Shown here: positions 20,290-36,921 of the stretch, piece by piece
How the letters are laid out: each line of letters opens with the position of its first letter
Numbering within the stretch: position 1 is the stretch's first letter
Source of the DNA: the human T2T-CHM13v2.0 reference genome, Homo sapiens
Reading direction: 5' to 3' (one strand)
Assembly: GCF_009914755.1 (NCBI RefSeq)
Contig: NC_060930.1
DNA length: 64,000 bases
The notes under the pieces: model-generated
Seen by the model: the letters and a program-made list of their open reading frames with translations, nothing else
Told to the model about the DNA's origin: nothing
Database searches by the model: none
Position numbers and translations under genes: made by a program

Positions 20290-20457
20290 GTACAGTACCG
20301 TCGTTAGTACAGCATTGACACTGACGGCCTCCTTCAGGAAATACAAACCTTGTGAGGTTTTAATTACTAATGCTACAGAGTGGCGTTTTTCCGAGGACTG
20401 TGTTCCACTTGGTCTGTCTCTGATGGCTATTAACTAATAACCGTTCTCATTCTGCTG
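20290..20457 (-). pseudogene. Sacsin-like pseudo-exon
   Basis: ttatttcccacag|...|gtaagt, 168 nt phase 0/0, one stop; GLYFLKEAVSVNAVLTTVLY ~ ELLMFLNHMEKISI...GALNVLY. Confidence 0.65.
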
Positions 20458-20559
20458 CTGTGGGAAATAAGCAACAACGGAAAAGTAATCGATAATCTTA
20501 GAGCATAACTCAAAGGCCAGAGCAGCCAAGGAGGTGGAAGAGTCCCGAGCCCTGCCTTC

Positions 20560-21480
20560 TCCACAGCACCCCCAAAACCCCACGGCGGGGCAGAGCGCCT
20601 GGTAGGGTACGAGCGGCCGCCAGCGTTTCCCGCGCGGCGCCGGGGGCGGCCCCGGGACTGGGGGTGGTGCCCTGGGAGCTGTGTGGCCGCGTGCGCGCTC
20701 CGCCGGGGTCCTGGAGGCCTCTGGGCGCGTGCGCGGGCGGTCGCTACCTGCGGCCGAGCCAGGGAGCGAGAGGGCGCAGAGGGCAGCGGGCTTGGGCAGC
20801 ATGAGGCCCGGAGGGGAGCGGCCCGTGGAAGGGGGCGCGTGCAATGGCCGCTCCGAGCTGGAGCTACTGAAGCTGCGCTCGGCGGAGTGCATCGACGAGG
20901 CGGCCGAGCGGCTGGGGGCCCTGAGCCGCGCGATCTGGAGCCAGCCCGAGCTGGCCTACGAGGAGCACCATGCCCACCGCGTGCTGACGCACTTCTTCGA
21001 GCGGGAGCCGCCCGCGGCCTCCTGGGCAGTGCAGCCGCACTACCAGCTGCCCACGGCCTTCCGCGCCGAGTGGGAGCCGCCGGAGGCCCGGGCACCGAGC
21101 GCCACGCCACGCCCGCTGCACCTGGGCTTCCTCTGCGAGTACGACGCGCTGCCCGGCATCGGCCACGCCTGCGGCCACAACCTCATCGCTGAGGTCGGGG
21201 CGGCGGCCGCGCTGGGCGTGAGGGGGGCCTTAGAGGGCCTCCCCAGGCCGCCTCCGCCCGTGAAGGTGAGGTGGGGCCCGGGTGCGGGACCCTATCCGAC
21301 TGCCCGGGTCGGGGGCGACCCGGGAAGGGCGGGACTCTCGTGCGTCCCGCGCGCCTCGGTGCCCTCCCGCCCGGGGCAGGTGTGTGTGGGACCGCGCTAA
21401 ACCTGCGGTCCTCGCCTCGGCGCAGGAGCAGAGCTGAACCCCCAGTCAAAGTCAGTTCGCGTTGCCGACCTGGCGACATC
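20560..21480. promoter_or_regulatory. CpG island / PM20D2 promoter
   Basis: Very GC- and CpG-rich island over exon 1 in an AT-rich, CpG-poor background; GC box GGGGCGG at 20643-20649. Confidence 0.9.
20801..21265 (+). CDS. PM20D2: PM20D2 coding exon 1 (M20 peptidase-family metabolite-repair dipeptidase)
   Basis: ATG at 20801; [10 protein letters not shown]...[11 protein letters not shown]...[17 protein letters not shown] (M20D/ACY1L2 metal-binding motif); donor AAG|gtgag at 21266; 465 nt, phase 0. Confidence 0.97.
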
Positions 21481-21717
21481 TTGCAGATTATTGTTTCCTC
21501 CTCTCTAGTTATAAACAGCTCTGCTGAGTTGTTCCCTTAGGAAAGAACTTACACCCAAGCCTGGTGTTTGTTACGGGTTATTTTTGGTAACTGAGAGAGG
21601 CAACAGCAATTTGCTGACAAGGTTGTGCCATCAATCTCAGGAGGAAATAACTTTTTGTAGGTAATCCTACGGCCCCTTTTTATTCGTCTCCAAATAAATC
21701 TTTTGTTTGTGGCAGTC
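21385..21717 (-). pseudogene. Sacsin-like pseudo-exon: SRR3 ATPase-like core, just inside PM20D2 intron 1
   Basis: ttttctag acceptor; LFGDE*KGAVG ~ IFDDKWAPLQG; TKNNP*QTPGLGVSS ~ TKEGNPYKTGQYGIGFNS; LFITREEETIICKMSP ~ SFISGNDILCIFDP. Confidence 0.7.
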
Positions 21718-22139
21718 CTAGAAAATGTGATTCAAGTCATTGGTATTTGGATAGGAATTTTCAGTCGCTAGAACCACCAGACCCCTAGAAGTATACAAAT
21801 AAAGGGGAAGTGAATGAGCATTATACATAGATGAGTTCATCCTTAAGTCTTAATTTTTTTGTTTTATGATTTTAAGAAATACCTCGACTCTTTAAACAGG
21901 GAAATGTCGTTTATGTTTGTCGTAGGGCAAGTTTAATCCTGTTTTACTCTGCTTTTCCAGATGGTATATTCTACACTATGAGCTAAGATTCAATCGTCAT
22001 TCAGTTAAGGGGAAAACAAATGTTTTATTTTCATACTCTTTAGTTCATTTCCCCCAGTGTCAGTAACCTTCCTCTTTTATCCTAACACTACATCTTTTGT
22101 GGCTTTTTCACTTTAGCTGCCTTCTTTTTTCTGTCTCTG

Positions 22140-22930
<791 letters not shown>

Positions 22931-23098
22931 CACTCTTCTAACTTCAAATGGTTGTTCTCAATTTTAGCAAGGTTAAGTTATTAATTATCTGAAAATGGAA
23001 TTTAAGTTGATTTCCTTTGCAAGCCAAGACTTTTCCAGCTTGTTTCATTGTGTTCTTATACATGATCTTGAAAATATATTAGTTGTTTATTTTGATTT

Positions 23099-23810
23099 TT
23101 AAAATTGTTTGAAGCAGTTAAGCTTAAATATCAAAGTAAAATGTTTATTCTGTAAAGTTCTCTTTTGTTTAATTAGGTGTTTGGTGACCAATAAATCTGC
23201 CTGGTTGAACTGGTGGAATCGAATTAGTAAGTTTGTGTAATAGTTGGCTGTTTCTAACTGTGGCATTAAGACTTGTTTAATGTTCTTCATAAAGGATTAA
23301 TGAGTTCAGACTTTTAAAATAGGTAGCCCAGTAAGGAATCAGAGTTTAGGCCAGAAGATCAGGACATCTAATCCTAATTCTGCCTGAAGACTTGCTCTGT
23401 GACCTGGGGCAAGACACTTCACTCAATTCCTCAAAAACACCCCCTGTAAAATGATGATAGAGATCACCCACCTACCTCACAGGGTTGTTGTGAGGATAAG
23501 TAGTAAGTTAACAGAAAGTTTCTGACTCGTAAAGTACTTAAGAATAATTATATACATACATACACTGAAAGGCTTAGTCGAGAGGAACCTTTTTGAAACA
23601 AATCCTAACAAATTTTGAGGGACTAAACTTGTAGTATTTTTTTTTATCTTTGCCATTAGTTGACTTGTAAAATTGGGAAAAGCTTTTTATAGTGTCTTTA
23701 GTACATACTTTGCACCAAGTTGGTATAACAATGTACATTTTGTGATTAATTTAGCACCATTTGTTGATGCCCATTGCGTAAGCGTCATAGAACAAAACCT
23801 GTCTTAATAG
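23099..23810 (-). pseudogene. Sacsin-like remnants (in PM20D2 intron 1), split by a MIR
   Basis: LYQLGAKY (23728-23705) and HYKKLF ~ LYQLPNKYKNNFRELF; KNIKQVLMP ~ KNYGKILLP. Confidence 0.65.
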
Positions 23811-23916
23811 GTTAAGGACTTTAATGTAGATTGTGAATACATATGCAGGTGAACCTGTTTGATATATTCCTATGAGGATTTTGTTGTTTTTCCCTGACAT
23901 GAGTATTTCCTTCTAG

Positions 23917-24065
23917 GTAGTTGTCCTGGGAACCCCTGCAGAAGAAGATGGTGGTGGCAAAATTGATTTAATTGAAGCAGGGGCTTTTACAAATCTTGAT
24001 GTTGTTTTTATGGCCCACCCATCACAAGAGAATGCTGCTTATCTACCAGATATGGCTGAACATGA
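23917..24065 (+). CDS. PM20D2: PM20D2 coding exon 2
   Basis: ttctag|GTA...[18 protein letters not shown]...MAHP...GA|gtgagt; M20 PAEE motif; 149 nt. Confidence 0.96.
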
Positions 24066-24229
24066 GTGAGTAATCAAGTTGAAGATAAACTTCTTAGGGG
24101 AACACAGGCTATAGAATACTTTTATGTCTAAACCAGAGACGAAAACTCCACATTTGTATATTTAAGAAGTAAATTGAAAGACAATAACAAGATGTCTTGA
24201 TCTATGGAGTGACATTTGGCAAGCCTCTT

Positions 24230-24442
24230 CTAATTGAGATTCATTATGGTGTTCATAATTGGAGTATTAAAATAGTAGCACTTAGAAACCATAGGAATAA
24301 CAAACATGTTGACAATTAAGTTCTCTTTTGAACTGTCAATAATCTGGTGTCTGGAAAACATCTGTCCTTTCATATGAAATTGTCTTTGCAACTGAATAGA
24401 TTTGCGAGAGATCGTTCTATTAGCTATGGGAAGAAACCACAC
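24230..24442 (-). pseudogene. Sacsin-like remnant (in PM20D2 intron 2)
   Basis: VWFLPIANRTISRKSIQLQRQFHMKGQMF ~ [28 protein letters not shown]. Confidence 0.6.
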
Positions 24443-25182
24443 TTATCCATTTTATTTACTTTAATTTGAGTTCTTTGCAAAGAGGATAAATTATGTCCTG
24501 AGAGAGAATATGGAACATGAGTAGCTATGGTTTTTGTGGAACTTCTCATTCTGTGCTTTTCCGATTTGTCTGGTGCTGAAACCTTTTATTTGTCTTTCTT
24601 TATGTTGAAGAACTCACTTTTTAGTACCTAGGAGCACACATCATTGAAGTGGTTTGGATTTTTTATACCAGAAATTTCAACCATAGTAGTAACTATAGTA
24701 GTTAATGGTCCAGGCACAAGGAGCCAGTGCTCAGCTGCTTCAGCAAAACCATGTGTTTTCCTCAGAAGTAGCTCGGTACTGAGGGAATGATAGCAGAACC
24801 ATCACAGCAGTGCTTCTAGATTGTACCCGGGTATCCCACCTCTTAGCACCTTACCAGGCCCTGTTTTCAAAGGGTGATCATTTTAACTATTAGGGTATCT
24901 TCCTTCTTATCACTGGAAATTGGTACTGTGGCAGTAGGAGGAATCTTTGAACTTTGGTTTCAAGGGTGGTGGTAAACTAGTCCATCTCTAGAAAACACTG
25001 GGGATTAGAAATCTCTGCCCTTGCCTTTGACTAGAAGGGGCCTGCATATGCAGGCAGGCTCTGCAGCTCATTACCCTTCTGGGACTTAAGGTTAGGCTTC
25101 GTGGTCTTGGTTCTGAAGTCAGCGCACTTGACCCCAGACCTTCTCCTAGTATCTGCCTTCTTAGCTTTCTCACTGATCATCT

Positions 25183-26762
<1,580 letters not shown>

Positions 26763-27039
26763 TCATTTCAAGGTCATGGTGATAAGATATATATCAAGGA
26801 AATAACAATACAGTATCCTGAAATCTAATACGTGTTTGATGTTTTTACTTGATTTTTGTCCTGCTAATAGAATGTCTGGAATCAGTTGAGAAGAAATATC
26901 ATAAGCATTCTAAGGACTCCTGAATCTAACCCATTAAAATAAGTCCAGATTGGTTTTCTAATCACCTAAATGTGGGTATTATTAATCAGGCTTAAAAAGT
27001 GTTATCAAAGCACGTCAATCACAGAGCTTTATAAGTAAC

Positions 27040-27365
27040 TATTCAACACGCAATCCTTTCTCTAATCTTTTTTTTTTTAATTGTATTAGAGCAGTTAGAC
27101 TGGTGTGAGAACTTAACAGTTTATTAAAATGTAAAATATTAGTGATGTAGGCATTTTGGAACATAATAAAATATTGGATATTGGTCAGGAACAACTGCTT
27201 TAATACTAGGGTATCTTGTGATAACATTGAATATAATCTGATTTTCAGAGGTTGTCTTAACCCACTTCAAATAGTAACTCCTTTCTGGCTTTCCTGACCT
27301 TCCACCTCTTAAGACAGAATTTCTGATTTTTTACAGACTTTTGATAATAGAATCATCACAATGCT
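27040..27365 (-). pseudogene. Sacsin-like remnant (in PM20D2 intron 2)
   Basis: DDSIIK (27357-27340) ~ DDSILK; LSQDTLVLKQLFLTNIQ ~ [21 protein letters not shown]. Confidence 0.65.
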
Positions 27366-27697
27366 GTGTAAAAACATACAGGATCCATTTTTTTTTTTTG
27401 TAATTTCAGCACCTGATACCATATTGCATGTTTGCATTAGATTGTGTATACATTTAATCTTTTCTCTTTTTCTCTCTTTTTTGGGAATGCTTTCTTTGTG
27501 TCAAGCACTATGTTACCTAATAATAAACTATAACTAACATAAATAAATTGCAGTGTTATTACTACAAATAATTTGCAAATCAAAAGTCCAGCAATGTGAA
27601 TTAATTTTGAATAGTAGTTGGGTAATTCTGACTACCTGGATTTTCTTACTTTAGCAATAATAACAAAAGTAATTTCAAATGATTTTTTATTTCCTAG

Positions 27698-27840
27698 TGT
27701 GACTGTGAAATACTATGGAAAAGCATCTCATTCTGCTTCTTATCCCTGGGAAGGATTAAATGCATTAGATGCTGCTGTGCTGGCCTATAACAATCTGTCT
27801 GTGTTCAGACAGCAAATGAAACCAACCTGGAGAGTTCATG
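27698..27840 (+). CDS. PM20D2: PM20D2 coding exon 3
   Basis: cctag|T GTG...[25 protein letters not shown]...RVH G|gtatg; 143 nt, phase-compatible. Confidence 0.96.
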
Positions 27841-28264
27841 GTATGAATGTCAAATACCTTCTATAATAGATGGTGCTTGCTATAGTTCAGTGCAGTATAA
27901 TTATTTAATATTCAATTTTTAAAAATTTGGAAATATTTTTGTACTTCATATGAATATTCTGATTTTTAAGCATATTTTCAGAAATTCATGTGACAGGATA
28001 CTAAGATGTTTGTCTATATAGGGTTAGAAAGACAGTTTTGATTATTGTACATAAATGGAATGTCATCTTTGAGTATCAAAGATAAAGGTTTTATGTAAGG
28101 GGCTGTGTTCTTTCGGTGGGTGTTTGAAAATTGGATCTTGATTTTCCAGTTGTCCTCATTATTTCTTAATGATAACCAAATTTTGTCAATTAAAAAAAGG
28201 TATAATAACTGCTAGTTTTATTTAAGTGCTGTTAGTCCTGAGTAATATCTTTTTGTGTGATTTT

Positions 28265-28555
<291 letters not shown>

Positions 28556-29402
28556 CCTGAATAGTGTCTTTTAAAATTATATATATATATCACCATAATA
28601 TAAATACAGTCAAAGTACTGTCTTGAAGGCACACATTTGTTTAATTTATTTCCTTATGATTTAGGAAATTGTTATATTTTAATATCTATTCTTTACCTGA
28701 TTTTGCTATAGCCTGAGGTCAATTTGTAATTGTACTTTTACCAGTTTTCCTGCTTTAGTTTCTTTAAAAGGAACAAACAGGAATGTGTAGAAATATTTTT
28801 TTAAAGTAGGTCATAGGACATTGGATTTTTTGTATCTATTTTAGTTATTACTTCGAATGAATAAATCTTAATTCTTTATAATTCCAAATAAATACATTTG
28901 TTTTGACAGTTGATAATACTTAGTGATCTTTGACCTGCATTGGTTTTTTTCTTGGCATGAAAATTATTTTTCCTATAGCTAAATGCCATTTAAAATGCTC
29001 ATGGGATTCCTGAGGTATGAGGGTAATTATAGAACCTCATACCATTGTTGAGGTATGGTAAAATCTTTTCCAGAAAGCTTAAGATGTTACTAATTTTTTT
29101 TGTGGTTATATAATTTCTAAGTTTCATTATAGTCTGGATCATAATTTCTTAACATTATGTAAATTCTTCTGAATGAAGTGCATATGGATAATTATTTTTT
29201 CTTATCAGCCAAAAAATATCACCCTATGTAAAGAAATTTCAGTTGTACAACATAACAAAATCTTTGATTGGTGTATTGGTGGAGCTAGTGAGTTTAAATT
29301 ATTTTTCTTTATGAACATATTGGCTGAAAAACTTAATGGGTGTATTTAAGCTTAAAGAAATGGTCACCAAGCTTAATTCTAGTAATTTGGTTCTTTTTAT
29401 AG

Positions 29403-29557
29403 GTATAATAAAAAATGGTGGTGTAAAACCCAATATCATTCCCTCTTATTCTGAATTAATCTATTACTTCCGTGCACCCTCAATGAAAGAACTTCAAGTT
29501 TTGACCAAAAAGGCAGAAGATTGCTTCAGAGCTGCAGCTTTGGCTTCAGGGTGCACA
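29403..29557 (+). CDS. PM20D2: PM20D2 coding exon 4
   Basis: tatag|GT ATA...[13 protein letters not shown]...ASGCT|gtaag; 155 nt. Confidence 0.96.
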
Positions 29558-29910
29558 GTAAGAACTTTTAAAAGTTAATCTAAGTTACAATCAGAGGTAT
29601 ATATGTGGGCTAGCACTGTTAGATTGAAATCTAACTTGACTCTCTTATTTGGTGACATGTTGAATATGCAAAATGAATTGGCTGAATAGTTAATGTGAAA
29701 GTCTTTAATTTTTACACGTTTCATTCCTCAGTGCTTGCAATAGGGAAGATGACAGGTCATCTTACTTATATAGTAATTAGAATAATTCTGATACTTCTAT
29801 GCTAGAATCCCTGCCTTTTTACAAGTTATATTCTTCCTTGTCGGCAGTTATACTTTTAGAATTGCTATATGTAGTTTCTATAAAGGAAAGTTTATGGCAA
29901 AATCAGCAAA

Positions 29911-30840
<930 letters not shown>

Positions 30841-32039
30841 GGTTTTGTTGATTTGAACTATAAAGTTAGTATTTAAAATCATGTACTGTGTAAAGTGGAG
30901 TGAGTTTTAGAATTATACAAGATAAGAATCTTGCCCTAGAGGGAGCCTGTAGTCTAGTTGGAGAGACAAGATCTTGACCCATAACTCTCAGCCTAGCTAA
31001 TTCTGTAACCTTTAGAAATGTTTAGTGTCTTTGGCTCTCCATTTTCTTGCTTGAAAAATGGAGATAATAACAATTTATCTTAGGATTCTTGTGAGAATTA
31101 AATGAGATAATGTTTCTGAAGGGTTTAGAGCCCAGCCTTCATTTATATTGCCTTATTTTTTTCTGTTCTTATTAGTCTAGAGATGTATGATTGATTCACG
31201 TAGTAGCAGTATCTCACAGTAGCAGTAATTCTCAGAAAGCATATGTTACGTGTCCTGAGAGTAGTGTGGAATGTGTCGTGAGGATCAGAGGTGGGAAAGA
31301 GTGGTCTGGGGCTGTTAACCTTGGAGGAAGGTTTTGTGGAAGACTGTAGACCTGAACTGAGCTTTGAAGGTTGATCATACTTTCAGATATGCATGGGAAA
31401 GACAGAGACTGAAAGTTCTTAGGGAATATAGTCAGCAAAGATAAGAATATAGAAGCTCGTGTTGTGTTGTAGTTAATCGATAAACATATGGACAGATGTA
31501 GGAGCAAAGATGTATTCTCATATGCCACTAGAGAAGATGGTTATAGTGAATGAAAACTGTGAAATGTCCATAGCTGAGGGCAGTAAAAACTAAATATTTA
31601 TTCCCTTATTCATTTATAATTATAAATATTTATTTGTGAAATACTTATGGATGTGAACTATTATCATTAGGCAATATCTCAAGGTATACAGTATTCCCTT
31701 ATGGTAAGGTTTGTTGTTATTGGATTTGAATCTATATTTAATTTAATTTATTTATTTTTAAAGTTTTTTGTAGAGATAGGCTCTCCCTGTGTTGCCCAGG
31801 CTGGTCTCAAACTCCTGGGCTCAAGTGATCCTCGTGCTTTGGCCTCCCAAAGTTCTGGGATTGCAGGTGTGAGCCACCTTGCCTGGCCTAAATCTATATT
31901 TTAAATAATCTTTTAGTAATTTCTTATATTTTGGCTGACTTGTAAGGTCTGATTTGGTTGTCATAATTTCTACCGTAGATGTTGCTAAGAATAAAAGAAA
32001 TGTCATCTCTGCCATTTTATGATTGGCTTTTGCTAATAT

Positions 32040-32271
32040 TGGTTTGAGGGAATATTGCCAATTTTTATTTAATCAAAACTGAATCTGTAAATCCACTTAA
32101 CTGGGCACATAAAAGCTGCTTCCGTATCTTTATATACTGAAATTAATAAATGAGGACTGTTGTCAACCCTTCCTCATTGCAAATCTTCTACATTTCCCTC
32201 AGAGTACTTTTCTACCTCTCACACCAGGCAGTGATGTCAGTGTCAGTTTGCATATTGAATATTAGTAAAGC
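32040..32271 (-). pseudogene. Sacsin-like remnant: SRR2 (in PM20D2 intron 4)
   Basis: ALLIFNMQTDTDIT ~ ALWSFNNSQFSDSDFVNIT; SVYKDTEAAFM (from 32140) ~ SVYHITDIPIIM. Confidence 0.65.
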
Positions 32272-32304
32272 TTAATTTCTTTTTTTTGGAGACTGAATCC
32301 TAGA

Positions 32305-32705
<401 letters not shown>

Positions 32706-32982
32706 CTAGGTGACTGAAGTTGACACTTGGTAGCTAGTATAGAGCTTGGTGACATTGTGGGGTTTAGTGTATATATAACATAAAAGAGAGTCCTAGGAAC
32801 TCTCGTTATAGAAAATAAATCTTTTTTCTTTTTTAAGGTAAGAGATTTGAGAGTGTTTATATCTGGAAGGGAAAGTATCTTCTCTTAAAACCTCTTCCTA
32901 TTAGAGAACAATCACTGGTTTGAAAATTAGATAGTGAATTTGAGTTTTTTATTTCAAAATTTGTTTTGCAATTTTTTATTAG

Positions 32983-33118
32983 GTGGAAATTAAAGGTGGA
33001 GCACATGATTATTACAATGTTCTTCCCAATAAGAGCCTATGGAAAGCCTATATGGAAAATGGAAGAAAGCTAGGAATAGAGTTCATTTCAGAAGATACAA
33101 TGTTGAATGGCCCTTCAG
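32983..33118 (+). CDS. PM20D2: PM20D2 coding exon 5
   Basis: attag|GTG GAA...VEIKGGAHDYYNVLPNKSLWKAY...NGPS G|gtaat; 136 nt. Confidence 0.95.
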
Positions 33119-33619
33119 GTAATTAAGTGTTTTTTTATATATTGAGCTATTTGAGGAAGAGAAATACCATCTTTGGTTAAATTGGTTGTATTTAATGGTT
33201 TGGGAGGTCGGGAGGTACTACTGACGTTTTTAATATTTTCACAAACTTTATGGTTAGGGGAAAGAAACTAATGGACTCTTAAGTGAGTGTAGAATGTCAA
33301 ACGAGCAGACTTGATTTTAGAAATAGTCAACCTACATTTTTGTCTGTATTCTAAATATTTTCTAGTGTTTAAGTTTCGTTAGTTTTAATTTTTAAGTAAG
33401 TTGCTAAGGTGGGATATAGAATTTTAATTCATTCTCAGTCATCACAATAAGCAGGTTACTAAGTACTTAGTTATCTGGGGCATTTTCAGTTTCTGAGGAG
33501 CAACAGACAGCTAGAATTGAAATAAGCATATTTGGGGTTATGTTAGTTTTTTTTTCCTTTTAAAAGCATATTATTACTAATACATTTGCAAGTTAGAGAT
33601 GTATCATCTGTTTTAAAAA

Positions 33620-36260
33620 TAGATGTTGTTGAAGTAGGCCCAAAAGGACTTGGTGGTGAAAATGGGGTGTCGGTGTCATTCATTAAGATAAGGAGTTCAA
33701 GAGAAAGAGCAGGTTAGGGTAAGAGGGGGTTGTTATAAATTATTAGTATGTTAAACTTGAGGTGCTTATAGTATTTCTAAGTGGAGCTGTTCAGTACCTG
33801 TTAAATCTAGAACCCAAAAAGATGTCTAGTTTGGAGATTTAGGAGTTGTCCATATATGAAAGGTATATAGAAGACATAGATGTCGATGAGGTTGCCCAAA
33901 TACATAGAGGAAGAAGATTCCCAGAGATCAGACATTGGCAGTCAACGAAGTGGTCAGAGAGAAAGCCAGACAATCAGGAGAGAGGAGAAGTCATGGAAGC
34001 CAAGGGAGAAGAAAACTTACAGAAGAGAAGGAGGCATAAATCATGTCAAGTGCTGTAGAGACTGAATAAGATGAATATGGTCTAGTGTCCACTGGACTCT
34101 AGTAATTAGAAATTCATGAATTGTCTGGAAGAAAATAGTATAAGACCAGTGGTACCAGATGCTGGGTCTCACTTCTCTACCCAGGGCATTGACTGCTGAG
34201 ATAGTGGAAGTAGCAAATGAAGACTATTCTTTTTCAAGAGAGTTAGCTTTCAAGGAAAATAGAAAGAGTGGATACAAGCTTGAGGGAAATACGGAAAAGA
34301 AAATAGTTTTTAAGGGAAGATACTTGAGAAGTAGATGTAATGTTTAGGAAGGAGGTCAGGGAGTTCAGAGACTTTCCCTCTAGGAAGTAGCACACAGTGA
34401 GCATTGAGCTGGTAGGGCTGAGGGATTGAGAGAGAATTGCCACTGAGAGGAGTTGTCCAGGGACATCAGAGTTTCATGTTTTCTTTTGTTCTGGACAGCA
34501 AGAAAGCTCAGCTCAGCATGGTTCTGTTCTTTTACCCTAGCAGGTTTCTGCAGTCTAGCTGAAGAAGGGAAGACACATGGCCTGCTCTACCCCGGGTTTG
34601 GGTTTTATATAATGGACAAAACAGTAGGATAAAGTGGCTGTGATTTTGGTATGATTTGTGGGCTCTAGGGTCTAGTTCCACAAGTAAGATCTTAAAATAT
34701 GCAACAGGTTTTTTTTTGTCCATCCTTTTTTGTTTTGTTTTGTTTTTACACTCAGACTCTTTAGACTCTTTAAACACTGGAGAGGCTTTTTCCATCCTGT
34801 TCACTGATGTCCCATTACTGTGCATCCTCAGTGTGTGGAGCCGTTTCTGGCACAGTTAAGTGCTTAGTGAATATTTTCTGAAGCAGTACTTCTATAGAGG
34901 CTACTATGCCTCAAAGTCTGGCCTCAGTCTGCATTTACCACATAACTAGCAGCTGTGAGACTATCGGCATGTTATTTAATACCCATAAGCCTTGGTTTCT
35001 TCATGTTTAAAATGGAAACTGTTCTAAATATTAATGAGAATACATACAAAGCACTTAGGATTGTGTTTGGAACGTAGTATTCCAGATAAATGTTAGCTAC
35101 TCTTTGTCACATATTCCTTTATTCTCTTACCAATCACTGTGTAGTCTCACTTTGCCTGCATGGTGTTTGACATGTAATAAACATTCAGTAAATATCCATT
35201 GAGTGAACATAAGGCTTTGTTTTTACTGTGATTTATTCAACAAGTGCCTGTGTGTCAATCCTGTGAGAAGCTAGATGCACAGTCATTTCAAATACTATTT
35301 CTTGCCTCATACAGCCTCATAATTTAGTTTCTGACATAAGCATGAACCAAATCATCCAATACATGGAAAATTAAAAAGTACTGTAAAGGAGAGTAATACA
35401 TCTCTGTGAGAGCTTATGCTAGAGGAATTTCACTTTATGGGAAGGTGAAGTAAGTAAGGCTTTGCTGAGGAAATGATGCTTAAGATGGAATTTGAAGGTT
35501 AAGTAAGAGTTACAGAGATGATGCAGGGATAGCATGTGCAAGGGTCCTGTGACAGGGAGAGCATGGTGAGTGTCTAGAGCGGCTAGGGCATCGAGAGTAG
35601 TGGGAACATGGTATGAGATCAGGTTGGAAAGGTGAATGAAGATTGAAAAAAAAAAGACGGCAAATAGAGTAGATGCTGCTAGACCAATTAGGAAACTTCT
35701 AGTTCAGGCAAGAGATAATGATAGCATAGGCTGAGGACAGGTGTTGGTGATGGTGATGCAAAGAGCGTTAGGATTCTGAGATATTTGGCAGGTACTGTTG
35801 ATAGGTGGAGTGGAGGTAGAAGAGAAAGATCATGAGTTTGACTTTAGATATGTTAAGTTTGATCTACCTTGAAGACATCCAAGAGAAGATACCAGGCTGG
35901 CAACTGGATGTATGAGCATGGAACTTAGCAGAGACTGGGAAGAGATTTGAGTTGGTGGTGATTTGAAGCAATACATACGGACAAAATCTTGAGAAAGAAT
36001 ATGCAGTAAGAAGAGAAAGGGGCCTGGAATGGAGTCTCCCGTAACTATTATTTCATCGTCAGGTAGAGGGGGCTCTATCCCCAAGAGAGACAGAAGAAGG
36101 GGCCATCAGAGAGGCAGAAGGGAAGCCATGCAAGTGCTGTGTCACAGAAGAGAAGAAAGGGAGTAGGTGGCAGTGTGGAGTGCTGGCCAAGAGGGCCAGT
36201 AAAAGCCGTGAGACAAGGTGAGGGCAGGTTTGCAGTGACCTTCATGAGAGATGTGACTGA
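33620..36260. mobile_element. L2 and MIR remnants in PM20D2 intron 5
   Basis: Purine-rich L2-like tracts (gagtttgactttagatatgttaagtttga; gaccttcatgagag). Confidence 0.55.
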
Positions 36261-36440
36261 TACAGGGGAGTGGGTGGCAGACTCAGTGGAAGGTGAGCCC
36301 ATGAAAGCATGAGCATACGGACAACTCTCCAAGAAGCTCACTTCTCTGCGTCTCTTCTAACAGGGACTGTGACTTCATAACTCCAGAATACTTAACCACA
36401 TATACTTAAATAGACTTTTCTTAACTTTGTGTGTTCCAAG

Positions 36441-36548
36441 GATCTACGGATTTTGGAAATGTTAGTTTTGTGGTTCCTGGAATTCATCCATATTTTCACA
36501 TTGGATCTAATGCCTTGAATCATACTGAACAGTACACTGAAGCTGCTG
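36441..36548 (+). CDS. PM20D2: PM20D2 coding exon 6
   Basis: ccaag|GA TCT...[19 protein letters not shown]...[11 protein letters not shown]|gtaag; 108 nt. Confidence 0.96.
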
Positions 36549-36766
36549 GTAAGTGTTGTTGGATGTGACTGTTTTGGCACACACACTCTTCTTCTGGTAG
36601 TAGCTGCCTTTCTGTTTAACCTACTATTTCACTACATAACATCACCTCAGTAAATACTGCACTGTGGTGGGCAGTTGGAGAGCCAGTTGAGATACGGGTA
36701 GCTAACCTGTGAAATTAAATACAGCTTAAATAAGTAAGGAGGTATTTTATTTTCTCTACCTTTTAG

Positions 36767-36921
36767 GGTCACAGGAAGCTCAGTTCTACACTCTGCGGAC
36801 GGCCAAAGCTCTGGCAATGACGGCACTGGATGTTATTTTTAAACCAGAGTTACTGGAAGGAATCAGAGAGGACTTTAAACTGAAACTTCAAGAAGAACAG
36901 TTTGTAAATGCAGTAGAATAA
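36767..36921 (+). CDS. PM20D2: PM20D2 last coding exon (7)
   Basis: ttttag|GG TCA...[21 protein letters not shown]...VNAVE*; the 7 exons sum to 1311 nt = 436 aa + stop. Confidence 0.96.

Noticed and set aside
20681-20800. In-frame GTG-initiated N-terminal extension of PM20D2
   Set aside because: Absence of stops in GC-rich 5' sequence is uninformative; the ATG at 20801 already gives the expected 436-aa protein
20430-21540. Long alternative-frame and antisense ORFs over PM20D2 exon 1
   Set aside because: Expected from stop-codon scarcity in a CpG island; low-complexity R/P/A/G content. Only the 21385-21479 part coincides with a sacsin-like match
29014-29043. Short inverted repeat ggtatgagg...cctcatacc
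   Set aside because: A 9-bp stem is within chance expectation, with no ncRNA features
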